64,000 bases of DNA from an uncultured Gammaproteobacteria bacterium (lineage in GTDB: Bacteria; Patescibacteriota; Microgenomatia; Daviesbacterales; UBA10151). This document shows positions 27,917 through 36,600 of the stretch, in pieces (position 1 is the stretch's first letter; each line of letters opens with the position of its first letter). Made by a program: the position numbers and the translations under genes. The stretch covers positions 257,520 through 321,519 of the forward strand of contig CAZCNP010000001.1 of the NCBI GenBank assembly GCA_964500725.1, given 5' to 3'. The notes under the pieces were generated by a model. That model searched no databases, was not told the DNA's origin, and saw only the letters and a program-made list of their open reading frames with translations.

Positions 27917-29296
27917 TTACTGTCTTCTTGAACTAACCTTTTCTTTAATAGCATCATAAGCTAAATAAGAGAATAAAGCAGCAAAAATAAATGGTATTGC
28001 TGCATAACCTATGGCATACCCTACTATATGATCTACCTTTCTGACTACTCTGTTGGTAAAACTGTCATAACTTTTACACCTTGCTTGCCAGTTTTCCAGC
28101 TTACTTTGAGGCACTTCTAATATTTCCATCCCCTCTACTGCTCTTCTACCTAGCCATCTGGCTATCCCAGCCTGTCCAGCTTTAATCAGAATAATAGGTA
28201 AAAGAGTAGGCAGATCACTCATAAAATCAGGGTCCTCGCACTCAAAATAACAGCTATATAAACAGCCTTGGCATTTTTTTACTTGTTCCCTTTTTATTTG
28301 TCTCCAATCATTACTGTCTAAATCAATTGTGGTATCAAAACCTGTTCGTGCTTCTGGGCAGACTCCTACCTCACCTTTTTCTCCTACTGCCCTAACATGA
28401 ATAAAGGGATCTATTTCAGGGTTACATTTCCAGGAGTTGCCTGGGTATTGTTGGGCTTTGGTTAAATAATTACTATTATTTCTGACAAAACCTGTTCTTT
28501 TTAGATCCAATAAATCTTGAAAGACTTGTTGAATTTGTTCTTCAGTAGGAATTTGGCTCTGGACAGGAACGGTGGAAAATCCCCCTCCAATCTCTTGTAC
28601 AATAGAAGTGGTAAAAAGTATTCCATTTGCAATACAGGTCCTGGCATATAGAGAGATTGAATCTGCCCTCTCAGCTGTGAATACTCTGCTTACCATGGGA
28701 ACAATTCCTTCATTTGCTACAGCCCTTGCTTTGGCTACCAGATTTTTAAAACCTCTTGCTGTCCTTGTATGATCAGAAATAATCATAAAGTCTAACCCTG
28801 CTTTGCCTAAATTTTTAAGGGTACTGTAATTTTCTGGGGTTAAAAAATCACCATTAGTAGTAATATTGGTTACCATCCCTAATTTGGAAGCGTAGGCTAT
28901 AACCTCAGTGGCATGCTCAGCAAAAGTGAAACCTTCTTTTGTTCTAAATGGCTCCTCAGTTGCCCTCCGTATTGGATGTTTTGGATCTTCTGCAGCACAA
29001 AGCATCCCATATGGGCATCTAATATATTTTCCAGAAGTTATGGTGCCTATTCTTGGACAGGTTGCCAAAGTTTCACCTCCTAGATCATTTAAAACTCTAT
29101 AACCTAGTTGATGTATCCTATCTATTTGTCTACAAGTTTCATCTACAGTTGAAGCAGTTTGTGGATTCCAGTTTTTCTTAACATTACAATAACTACAATT
29201 TCTATCACAATTTTCTGGACCAACTACTATTGCCAAACTTCGTCCATCTTTGGCTGCTTGGTATGCTCCCCAGGCCTTTTTTACTTCAGCAATCAT
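27917..29296 (-). CDS. radical SAM enzyme with SPASM-like Cys-rich C-terminal region and C-terminal TM helix
   Basis: CDRNCSYC (CX3CX2C) near the N-terminus; later C-rich cluster CQGCLYSCYFEC; hydrophobic tail GYAIGYAAIPFIFAALFSYLAY. Confidence 0.7.
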   Translation of the reverse strand: MIAEVKKAWGAYQAAKDGRSLAIVVGPENCDRNCSYCNVKKNWNPQTASTVDETCRQIDRIHQLGYRVLNDLGGETLATCPRIGTITSGKYIRCPYGMLCAAEDPKHPIRRATEEPFRTKEGFTFAEHATEVIAYASKLGMVTNITTNGDFLTPENYSTLKNLGKAGLDFMIISDHTRTARGFKNLVAKARAVANEGIVPMVSRVFTAERADSISLYARTCIANGILFTTSIVQEIGGGFSTVPVQSQIPTEEQIQQVFQDLLDLKRTGFVRNNSNYLTKAQQYPGNSWKCNPEIDPFIHVRAVGEKGEVGVCPEARTGFDTTIDLDSNDWRQIKREQVKKCQGCLYSCYFECEDPDFMSDLPTLLPIILIKAGQAGIARWLGRRAVEGMEILEVPQSKLENWQARCKSYDSFTNRVVRKVDHIVGYAIGYAAIPFIFAALFSYLAYDAIKEKVSSRRQ

Positions 29297-29312
29297 AGCT
29301 CCAGATTATTAC

Positions 29313-31385
29313 ATGCAAATCAATCCGGTGCAAATTAATTTATTAATCACTTGCTCCGCTATACCTCTCTCTGCTAGGATAAGTCATGGTATGTTAGATA
29401 AAATTATCTCCTATTCCTTCTATGCTCTTTTTTTTCTAACTCCTCTTGTTTGGTCTTCTTCAAATTACGAGCTTTTTGAATATAACAAGATGATTTTAAC
29501 TTATGGTTTTACCATAATTATTGTTGGGGCATGGATATTAAAATCAATAAACGATAAACGATTAACGATAAAACGCACACCTTTAGATATCTCCCTTCTG
29601 TTGTTTTTAGGTGCTAATATTTTTTCAACAATATTTTCTATAGATCCTCACACCTCTATTTGGGGTTATTATTCCAGGTCTAACGGAGGCCTCTTATCTC
29701 TTATCTCTTATCTCTTGCTTTATTGGGCTTTTGTTTCTAATATAGATTTATCAAAGATTAAATACCTTTTCTGGGCAGCTTTTGCATCAGGCTTTTTGAT
29801 TTCTTTATGGGCAATTGCAGAACATTTTGGAGTTTCTTTTTCTTGTGTAATTTTAAGAGGAGAATTTAATGCCAATTGCTGGATTCAAGATGTCCAAGCC
29901 AGAGTCTTTGCCACCTTAGGCCAGCCCAATTGGCTGGCAGCATATCTTGCCATGTTAATCTTCCCTGCTCTGTATTTCTTTCTAACTGCCACCAAAAAAT
30001 TATTGTACATTGTACATTTTACATTGTTAATTACCCTCTACCTTGCCTTCACCTTCACCTACTCCCGTGGTCCTACACTGGGATTGGTTGGAGGATTGGT
30101 GGTATTTTTATTAGCCGTAACTTTGAACAAAATTAAACCAATTTTTATAGTCTTAATAAGTTTTATAGTTATCAATCTTCTTTTTGGATCTGCCTTAACT
30201 TCTTTTAGACTAGTTTCCAAATTTGCTGCTCCTGCAAGGCCAGGCATCACCCTCCCTGCAGCTGCTCCCTCATCTGGAACCCAATTGGAAAATGGAGGCA
30301 CTGAATCAGGACAAATTAGATTTATTGTTTGGAAAGGAGCCTTAGATATTTTTAAAAATAACCTTTTATTTGGTTCTGGAGTGGAAACCTTTGCTTACTC
30401 TTACTATCAATACCGTCCTGCCTCCCATAATTTAACTTCTGAATGGGATTTTTTGTATAACAAAGCCCACAATGAATACTTGAATTATTTAGCAACCACT
30501 GGTTTAGTAGGATTTACAACTTACATGTTGATAATTGGAACATTTATATTTTGGAGTATTAAATATTATATACAGAGCACTGGGGGTAAAGACAAAAAAA
30601 ATGCTGACGCTTTAATACTTGCTGTTAGCATTCTGGGCTCATATATTAGCTATCTTATTTATAACTTCTTCCTCTTTTCTGTAGTCATTATTGCTGTTTT
30701 CTTCTACCTATTTCCAGCAATTGCTTTTGTTGCTACTAACTCCCTTAAGCCTCTTAAATGGCCTACAATTTTACATTTCATCTATCGCCGCCCATTTTAT
30801 ACTAAAATTGCCAAAGGCTTTGTTGTCTTTTTAACAGTTTATTTTCTCTACTCTTTAGCTCAAATTTGGTATGCAGATACTTTATTTGCCAGAGGCCAAA
30901 GATATTCTGATGCTGGCAATCCAGGCAGAGCATATAATCTGTTACAAACAGCTGCTTTTCTAAATCCTTCTGAACCATTTTACAGATCAGAGTTGGCTCT
31001 TTCTGCAGCTCAAGCTGCAGTATCTTTAGAGGACACTGATACTACTTTGTCTGCTGAGTTAAAAAATGAGGCTCAAAACTTAACTGATCAAGTTTTAGAA
31101 AAAAGCCCAAAAAATGTCTCATTTTTAAGAACAGCAATTAGAACATATTTCGAGCTTTCTACCATTGATAAAACCTACACAGATAAAACTTTACAAGTTT
31201 TGGATAAAGCTATTTCTCTTACTCCCACAGATCCTAAGCTTTACTACAACAAAGCTTTGATATTGGGCGCTGAAGGTAAAAAAGAAGAAGAAATTAAAGC
31301 TCTCGAGCAAACTGTCAAGTTAAAACCAAATTATTTAGAAGCCTTGGCCCAATTAAAAGAAGCAACTGCCTCAGCCAAACCATGA
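29313..31385 (+). CDS. O-antigen ligase/Wzy-like polytopic membrane protein with C-terminal TPR repeats
   Basis: About 12 TM helices with a Wzy_C-like YSRGPTLGL segment; C-terminal TPR-like repeats. Start moved to the MQINPV Met to avoid overlap with the radical SAM gene. Confidence 0.65.
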   Translation: MQINPVQINLLITCSAIPLSARISHGMLDKIISYSFYALFFLTPLVWSSSNYELFEYNKMILTYGFTIIIVGAWILKSINDKRLTIKRTPLDISLLLFLGANIFSTIFSIDPHTSIWGYYSRSNGGLLSLISYLLLYWAFVSNIDLSKIKYLFWAAFASGFLISLWAIAEHFGVSFSCVILRGEFNANCWIQDVQARVFATLGQPNWLAAYLAMLIFPALYFFLTATKKLLYIVHFTLLITLYLAFTFTYSRGPTLGLVGGLVVFLLAVTLNKIKPIFIVLISFIVINLLFGSALTSFRLVSKFAAPARPGITLPAAAPSSGTQLENGGTESGQIRFIVWKGALDIFKNNLLFGSGVETFAYSYYQYRPASHNLTSEWDFLYNKAHNEYLNYLATTGLVGFTTYMLIIGTFIFWSIKYYIQSTGGKDKKNADALILAVSILGSYISYLIYNFFLFSVVIIAVFFYLFPAIAFVATNSLKPLKWPTILHFIYRRPFYTKIAKGFVVFLTVYFLYSLAQIWYADTLFARGQRYSDAGNPGRAYNLLQTAAFLNPSEPFYRSELALSAAQAAVSLEDTDTTLSAELKNEAQNLTDQVLEKSPKNVSFLRTAIRTYFELSTIDKTYTDKTLQVLDKAISLTPTDPKLYYNKALILGAEGKKEEEIKALEQTVKLKPNYLEALAQLKEATASAKP

Positions 31386-31642
31386 AGTCTATAAAAGTAG
31401 CAATTGCGCAAACAAAATTTAAAAATAGGCCTAAAAATATTTCTCAAGAATTTCAAATGTATGGAGTCTATTTAGCAGAAAGCTTGCAAGACACCAAACA
31501 CTATTCTCTTTATATAAAACTTGCAAAAGAGGTAGATAGAAAGCTATTAGAGGAAGCCTTAAACTTTACCAAAGGTTATTACAGCGCTAAATCCAAAGCC
31601 AAAATCTTTATGTGGAGACTCAAAGAACTTAGAAAAACCTAA
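31382..31642 (+). CDS. hypothetical small basic protein
   Basis: ATGA overlap with the upstream stop; no recognisable domain. Confidence 0.35.
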   Translation: MKSIKVAIAQTKFKNRPKNISQEFQMYGVYLAESLQDTKHYSLYIKLAKEVDRKLLEEALNFTKGYYSAKSKAKIFMWRLKELRKT

Positions 31643-31664
31643 CCTTTCTGGTACAATAACCCTC

Positions 31665-32180
31665 ATGGAAGTGGTTAAAGCACCTGACCCTAGACTTAGG
31701 GTCCAAACTAAACCTGTTAAAAAAATAAACAACGGCTTGGTCCAAATTACCAAAGATATGGTAAAACTAACCAAAACCTTCAAAGACCCTCAAGGAGTAG
31801 GTTTGGCTTCTACCCAGGTAGGGCTTGATGGAGCCTTTTTTGTGGCTAAAAATGGGGAAAAATTTATATCTGTTGTAAACCCTAAAATTTTATCCACAGG
31901 CAAAAGAACTAAAAAATATTTTGAAGGATGCTTGTCTGTGCCTAATATGTGGGGGGAGGTTAGCAGGTATTTACAGATTAAAGTTTCTTATCAAGACTTA
32001 ACAGGAAAAACCATCACCAAATCTATCAAAGGAGTTTTAGCCTGGATTTTTCAACACGAGATAGATCATCTAAATGGGGTGTTATTTTCAGATAAGGTTT
32101 TGCAGCAACAAGGCAAGTTCTATAAATTTACTGGCAAAGATAAAACAGGCACAGATACATTCCAAGAGGTGACAATATAA
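31665..32180 (+). CDS. def: peptide deformylase
   Basis: GVGLASTQVG, EGCLSVP and HEIDHLNG are the three PDF motifs. Confidence 0.95.
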   Translation: MEVVKAPDPRLRVQTKPVKKINNGLVQITKDMVKLTKTFKDPQGVGLASTQVGLDGAFFVAKNGEKFISVVNPKILSTGKRTKKYFEGCLSVPNMWGEVSRYLQIKVSYQDLTGKTITKSIKGVLAWIFQHEIDHLNGVLFSDKVLQQQGKFYKFTGKDKTGTDTFQEVTI

Positions 32181-32896
32181 ACTCAAAGTTTAAAATAATT
32201 TTTCTGGGAACACCTGATTTTGTTAAACCAATAAGGGATGTTCTTGATAAACATTTTACTTTGGTAGACTCCCTACCCGAAGCTGATCTGGCAGTAGTTG
32301 CAGCTTATGGCAAGATTCTTACTACAGAGGAGCTAAATACCCCAAAATATGGTTGTATCAATATTCACCCCTCATTACTACCAAAATATAGAGGCCCCTC
32401 ACCCATTCAGTCAACCATTTTAAATGGAGATAAATTTTCTGGTATTTCTATTATTAAAATGGATAAGGAAGTGGATCATGGTCCAATAATTTATCAGGAG
32501 CAATTAGAGCTTTCTAGTAGTGATACTTTTGATACTTTGAGTAAAAAAATGTTTCTTAAATCTGCAGAGGTTTTACCTAAAATAATTACTGAGTTTATAG
32601 AAGGAAAAATTAAACCAGAACCTCAAAACCACCAATTAGCTACTTATTGCAATCAATTAACCAGAGAGAGTGGTTATTTTGATATCAATAAACCCCCATC
32701 TACTGAAATTTTAGATAGAATGATTAGGGCTTACTTCCCTTGGCCAGGGGTCTGGTGTAAATGGAAAATGGATAATGGACAATTGAAAATTGTTAAGTTT
32801 CTACCAGGCAAGAAGATTCAAATGGAAGGTAAGAAAGTAATGCCTTTAAAAGATTTTGCAAACGGATATCCTAATTTTCCTCTGAAAAGTATTTAA
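32177..32896 (+). CDS. fmt: methionyl-tRNA formyltransferase (start extended to ATA overlapping the def stop codon; track ORF begins at TTG 32261)
   Basis: In frame upstream of 32261 with no stop: (I)NSKFKIIFLGTPDFVKPIRDVL, the canonical Fmt N-terminus (cf. MSESLRIIFAGTPDFA). ATA 32177-79 overlaps def TAA 32178-80 as ATAA. Downstream formyl-transferase core HPSLLPKYRGPSPIQ. Confidence 0.65.
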   Translation: MNSKFKIIFLGTPDFVKPIRDVLDKHFTLVDSLPEADLAVVAAYGKILTTEELNTPKYGCINIHPSLLPKYRGPSPIQSTILNGDKFSGISIIKMDKEVDHGPIIYQEQLELSSSDTFDTLSKKMFLKSAEVLPKIITEFIEGKIKPEPQNHQLATYCNQLTRESGYFDINKPPSTEILDRMIRAYFPWPGVWCKWKMDNGQLKIVKFLPGKKIQMEGKKVMPLKDFANGYPNFPLKSI

Positions 32897-33147
32897 GCAG
32901 AAGCTGCTTGTGTAGTTTGTTCGGATTCAACTTTAGCAACCTTCTGAACCTGTACGGCTTTTTTGACTATTCTTAAACATTTAGTGCAATACTTCCCACC
33001 TTTAAAAATATGAAGGTTTGGTTTTTGGACTCTTTTATGAATTGGAGCACGTAAAGCCCAGGTTCCTCCAGCTCCAGATGAACCTTTCTTGTGCCTAGAA
33101 TAATTAACTATATTTTTACCTTTACCGCATCTTGAACAAGCTAACAT
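32893..33147 (-). CDS. rpmB: 50S ribosomal protein L28 (bL28) with short C-terminal extension
   Basis: MLACSRCGKGKNIVNYSRHK...KPNLHIF...YCTKCLR fits the bL28 C.ICGKG / PNL / C.RCLK pattern; start placed at Met 33147 rather than the track's 33183. Confidence 0.7.
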   Translation of the reverse strand: MLACSRCGKGKNIVNYSRHKKGSSGAGGTWALRAPIHKRVQKPNLHIFKGGKYCTKCLRIVKKAVQVQKVAKVESEQTTQAASA

Positions 33148-33164
33148 GTGGTAAACTATATCAC

Positions 33165-33800
33165 ATGCCTGAATTTTTTGCACTATCTATCATTATCCTG
33201 CTTTTTTCTGTAATTATTCATGAGGTGATGCATGGGTATGTGGCTTTAAAATTTGGTGATACCACTGCCCAAAGAGCTGGCAGGCTAACTTTAAACCCTA
33301 TTCCCCATATTGACCTCTTTGGAACCATTCTACTCCCTGCTCTGCTGATTTTTACTGGCTCGCCAATACTGTTTGGCTGGGCTAAACCTGTCCCTGTTAA
33401 CCCTTTAAACTTTTCTAATTTAAGAAAAGGAGAACTATTAGTAGCTGCAGCGGGAATTTTAGCCAATTTTAGTTTGGCTATTTTAGCAGCTTTAATTTTT
33501 CATCTGCTTAATGCCCTGCCTCAAACTTTTCCAAGCTTAGTAGGTTCACTTCTTCGTTTTACAGTTTTAATTAATCTGGTCTTAGGAATCTTCAATCTTT
33601 TTCCTATACCTCCTTTGGATGGATCAAAAGTATTACTTTCTCAGCTTCCATTAAATCTTGCCAGATCTTATCAAAAGATAGAACCATATGGAATTTTAAT
33701 TTTGCTGGTTTTGATAATGGTCCCTTTTGGCAGGTCTTCATTTCTTCAAACAATTTTGGGCTTTTTGGTTGGGCTTTTCTCTGGAATACTAGGCTTTTAA
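33165..33800 (+). CDS. M50 (site-2 protease) family membrane metalloprotease
   Basis: HEVMHG (HExxH) in TM1 and LNLVLGIFNLFPIPPLDG (LDG motif) are M50 signatures. Confidence 0.7.
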   Translation: MPEFFALSIIILLFSVIIHEVMHGYVALKFGDTTAQRAGRLTLNPIPHIDLFGTILLPALLIFTGSPILFGWAKPVPVNPLNFSNLRKGELLVAAAGILANFSLAILAALIFHLLNALPQTFPSLVGSLLRFTVLINLVLGIFNLFPIPPLDGSKVLLSQLPLNLARSYQKIEPYGILILLVLIMVPFGRSSFLQTILGFLVGLFSGILGF

Positions 33801-34967
33801 CCCCTTAATACGAACAACCGCAAATAGGATAAAAAAGATCAGAAGGGCAGAAATTGTAAATGGCGCATGGAACCCAAATCTGGAAAATAACCATCCTCCA
33901 AGTATTGGTCCAATAATTCTGCCTGAAGACTCAAAAGCGCTAGCTATCCCCATTGTAGTTCCTTGTCCTTCTCTTGTAGTCTTAGAAATAAGGGTTTGAA
34001 TTGTTGGCCTGGTTATAGCTGATCCAAAACTAAAGATTACCATTATTAAAGCCATAATAGTAAAAATAGAAGAAAATGGCAGTAATGCCAAGCTTAACAT
34101 CATTAAACTTAGTCCAACAAAAGCAGTTTTAAACTCACCAAGCTTTACAGCAATTTTATCAAGCAGAAACCACTGAGTTGTTCCTGCAGCAATACCTTGT
34201 ACAGAAAATATTATTCCAATTAAGGCAACTGATACTCCCAAAATCTCTGTCCCAAAAAGCGGAATCGTCACCTGATTATTAGATAATGCATAAGACCATA
34301 TAAAGATAAGAATAAAAAGTGATCCTAATTCGCCTTTTAACCCTTGGTACATGGCTTTTAAATTAATAAACCCTTCCTTAATCACCAATTTTTCCTCTGT
34401 TTCTTTTAAAGACTCCTTAAGCAAGAGAGCAACCAGAATAGTATTGATAATAGTTAAGATTGAAGCTAAAAAGAAGGGAAGTTGATGTGAAATAGAAGAT
34501 AAAAAACCCCCAATGGCAGGTCCAAAAATAAAGCCAGTTGCCAAAGACGCGCCCAACCTGCTCATACCTTTGATCCTTTCTTCTTTGGTTGTAACATCAG
34601 CCACATAAGCTGAGGCAGCAGTTAATGCTCCTGAGGCAAAAACACCCTGTAAAAACCTGGAGATAAAAAGCCAGGTTAAGTTATTGGCTATAGCAAAAGC
34701 AGCAAAAGCTATACTAATACCCAAAAGTGATAACAAAATAATAGGTTTTCTGCCAAACCTATCAGATAGTCTTCCCCATAAAGGAGCAAAAAGGAATTCT
34801 CCTACTGCAAAGCATGCTGCCATAAACCCTACTACAGTTTCTGATGCTTGAAATTCCCTGGCATATATAGGCAGCAGAGGAAAAATCATTCCAAAACCTA
34901 CAATATTTATAAAAATTGCCAGATAAATGAAAAAAAGCGGTGATTTTTTCTGAATATTTTCCATCAA
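33789..34967 (-). CDS. MFS transporter
   Basis: 12-TM profile with GRLSDRFGRKP motif A. Confidence 0.8.
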   Translation of the reverse strand: MMENIQKKSPLFFIYLAIFINIVGFGMIFPLLPIYAREFQASETVVGFMAACFAVGEFLFAPLWGRLSDRFGRKPIILLSLLGISIAFAAFAIANNLTWLFISRFLQGVFASGALTAASAYVADVTTKEERIKGMSRLGASLATGFIFGPAIGGFLSSISHQLPFFLASILTIINTILVALLLKESLKETEEKLVIKEGFINLKAMYQGLKGELGSLFILIFIWSYALSNNQVTIPLFGTEILGVSVALIGIIFSVQGIAAGTTQWFLLDKIAVKLGEFKTAFVGLSLMMLSLALLPFSSIFTIMALIMVIFSFGSAITRPTIQTLISKTTREGQGTTMGIASAFESSGRIIGPILGGWLFSRFGFHAPFTISALLIFFILFAVVRIKGLKA

Positions 34968-35541
34968 AATTGCACCCTCAAATGGTGCTATCTAAATATA
35001 TCATATTTTTCCCTTAAAATGTCATCCTGAGCAGAGGGCATTCGTTCCTCAATTACTAACGTAATTGTAAGAATTTAGCCTCAAGGGTCTTGACAAAAGG
35101 AGGCTTTTATGGTTAAGATAGAAATATCCTTTAAGACATTGTAGATGGCCTAAAGGACTTAGGCTCTGCCTAATCCCTACTTAGCACGTTTAAAGCCAAT
35201 ATATTTTTCTTCACTGATTTGTTACTTTACGGGAGTCTGGAGTGTGTTATAAAGCAACTGCCTAAACACCAGGACACCCACCTTAGGTTTTCCTGAGGAA
35301 AAACATTGGCTAAACGACTTTAAGTAGGGAGAAATTATTCTGTTTTTCAGTGTAATTTCTGGAAACCGCTTACCATTATGTGGCGGTTCTTCCAGTTATC
35401 CCAACCTTCTGTTTAATTCCCACTAATTTTGGTAAAATATACATTGTGCCGGTGTAGCATAAATGGATTATGCAGTGCTTTTGTAAAGCACAGACTATCG
35501 GATCATACCCGATCACCGGCTCATAATAATTTATATGCCTC

Positions 35542-35570
35542 TTGACTTTCGGTTTTAGTTTGGGTAATCT
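35542..35570 (+). promoter_or_regulatory. sigma-70-like promoter (TTGACT-17 nt-TAATCT) positioned for a leaderless transcript of the 35577 gene
   Basis: TTGACT at 35542-47, 17-nt spacer, TAATCT at 35565-70; ATG at 35577 is 7 nt after the -10. Confidence 0.4.
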
Positions 35571-35576
35571 GAATAT

Positions 35577-36407
35577 ATGCGCCACTCATTCTACGATGAT
35601 CCTCTTTACAAGAAACAACAAGCTGAAATCACACGTAAATACTGGCAACTTGGTAAATTTGATTTCAAAAGAAAATCTGAAAATAGAATTTGTCAGAATC
35701 CGCAGTGCTCTCGCCCATTTACAACAAAACCACATGAGAAGAAAAAATATTGCAGTCATGCATGCGCTACTTCATTCAGTAATAAAGAAAGAACCACTTC
35801 GTTGTCTTCCGAGAAGCTAAGCAAATTATATGCTTCTGGCCAATCAATAACCGATATCGCTAAACATTTATGTATTTCCAGCAATAAAGTTGTTTACTGG
35901 ATGAATAAGTATAGAATACAAAGACGCTCTATCAGTGATGCTGTGTATTTGAAAAACCACCCAAACGGAGATCCTTTTTCGTTTAGAACTCCTTCTTCTC
36001 TAGCAGAGTCAATGCTGTTGGGATTAGGATTAGGTCTTTACTGGGGAGAAAGCAATAAGCTCAATAAAACATCAATAAGACTAGGCAACACCGATCCGGA
36101 TCTCATGAATTATTTCATCAAATTTATGATAGATATTTGCGGGGTTAAGAAGCAAGATTTAAAATTTGGTTTACAAATATTTACTGATATAGATACCCAA
36201 ACAGCAATGAATTACTGGATGGAAGAACTTGATATCAAAAAAGAGCAATTTTACAAACCTATTATCACAAAATCGAATTCTTTAGGTACCTATAGAAAAA
36301 AGAGTAAATATGGAGTTATAATGTTAAACTACCATAATAGAAAATTAAGAGATCTATTAGTAGGAATGCTGCCGACATGGCTCAGTGGTAGAGCACGTTC
36401 TTGGTAA
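35577..36407 (+). CDS. Zn-ribbon + HTH + LAGLIDADG-like homing-endonuclease-like protein; the 3' 37 nt overlap the tRNA-Thr 5' exon
   Basis: C..C..C..C N-terminus, HTH (SITDIAKHLCISSNKVVYW), and LLGLGLGLYWGE...(LAGLIDADG-like) domain. The frame runs through the tRNA 5' half and stops at TAA in the anticodon loop. Confidence 0.5.
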   Translation: MRHSFYDDPLYKKQQAEITRKYWQLGKFDFKRKSENRICQNPQCSRPFTTKPHEKKKYCSHACATSFSNKERTTSLSSEKLSKLYASGQSITDIAKHLCISSNKVVYWMNKYRIQRRSISDAVYLKNHPNGDPFSFRTPSSLAESMLLGLGLGLYWGESNKLNKTSIRLGNTDPDLMNYFIKFMIDICGVKKQDLKFGLQIFTDIDTQTAMNYWMEELDIKKEQFYKPIITKSNSLGTYRKKSKYGVIMLNYHNRKLRDLLVGMLPTWLSGRARSW

Positions 36408-36600
36408 TTGCTCAAATTGCCCACTTAAGGAGTAATCCTTAAGTGAATTCTGAATAACGGTTAAAGATCATCTTACAAGAGATTGAGACCGTGGCGTTAT
36501 ATACGCCCGAACGACTGACAAGGAGATCCCTTAGGGGATTAAGATACAGTCTAGCCAAAAGCGAAGAACGGGGTCGCGGGTTCAATTCCCGCTGTCGGCT
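36371..36600 (+). tRNA. tRNA-Thr (anticodon GGU) interrupted in the anticodon loop by a 158-nt insertion (approx. 36406..36563) that looks like a compact group I intron
   Basis: 5' half GCCGACA-TG-GCTC-AGTGGTAGA-GAGC-A-CGTTC-TTGGTAA; 3' half GAACG-GGGTC-GCGGG-TTCAATT-CCCGC-TGTCGGC-T. The 7-bp acceptor and 5-bp anticodon stems are complementary across the insertion. The insertion contains AATTGC (P-like) and GACTG/CAGTC (P7, R/S-like AAGATACAGTC) and ends in G after an exon U. Confidence 0.7.

Noticed and set aside
33147-33183. Longer bL28 start at 33183 (track ORF MQKIQACDIVYHMLAC…)
   Set aside because: bL28 proteins begin immediately before the C..C..GKG zinc knuckle, so Met 33147 gives the canonical N-terminus.
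34968-35576. 600-bp non-coding region with several perfect hairpins (AACCGC…GCGGTT; GTGCTTT-TGT-AAAGCAC), considered as RNase P RNA, tmRNA or SRP RNA
   Set aside because: None of the diagnostic motifs is present (RNase P AGGAAAGUCCGG, tmRNA 5'/3' tRNA-like ends, SRP GGAA-GCAGCC domain IV). Left unannotated; could still be a UTR or a novel RNA.
35376-35585. 69-aa minus-strand ORF in the 600-bp intergenic region
   Set aside because: No RBS or motif; overlaps the promoter region for the 35577 gene; likely spurious.
36371-36600. Alternative reading of the split tRNA-Thr as attL/attR halves produced by element integration
   Set aside because: Both halves are co-oriented and only 158 nt apart, and together they form a complete cloverleaf. 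The insertion sits exactly in the anticodon loop with U/G splice-site-like ends, so an intron fits better than an integration scar.
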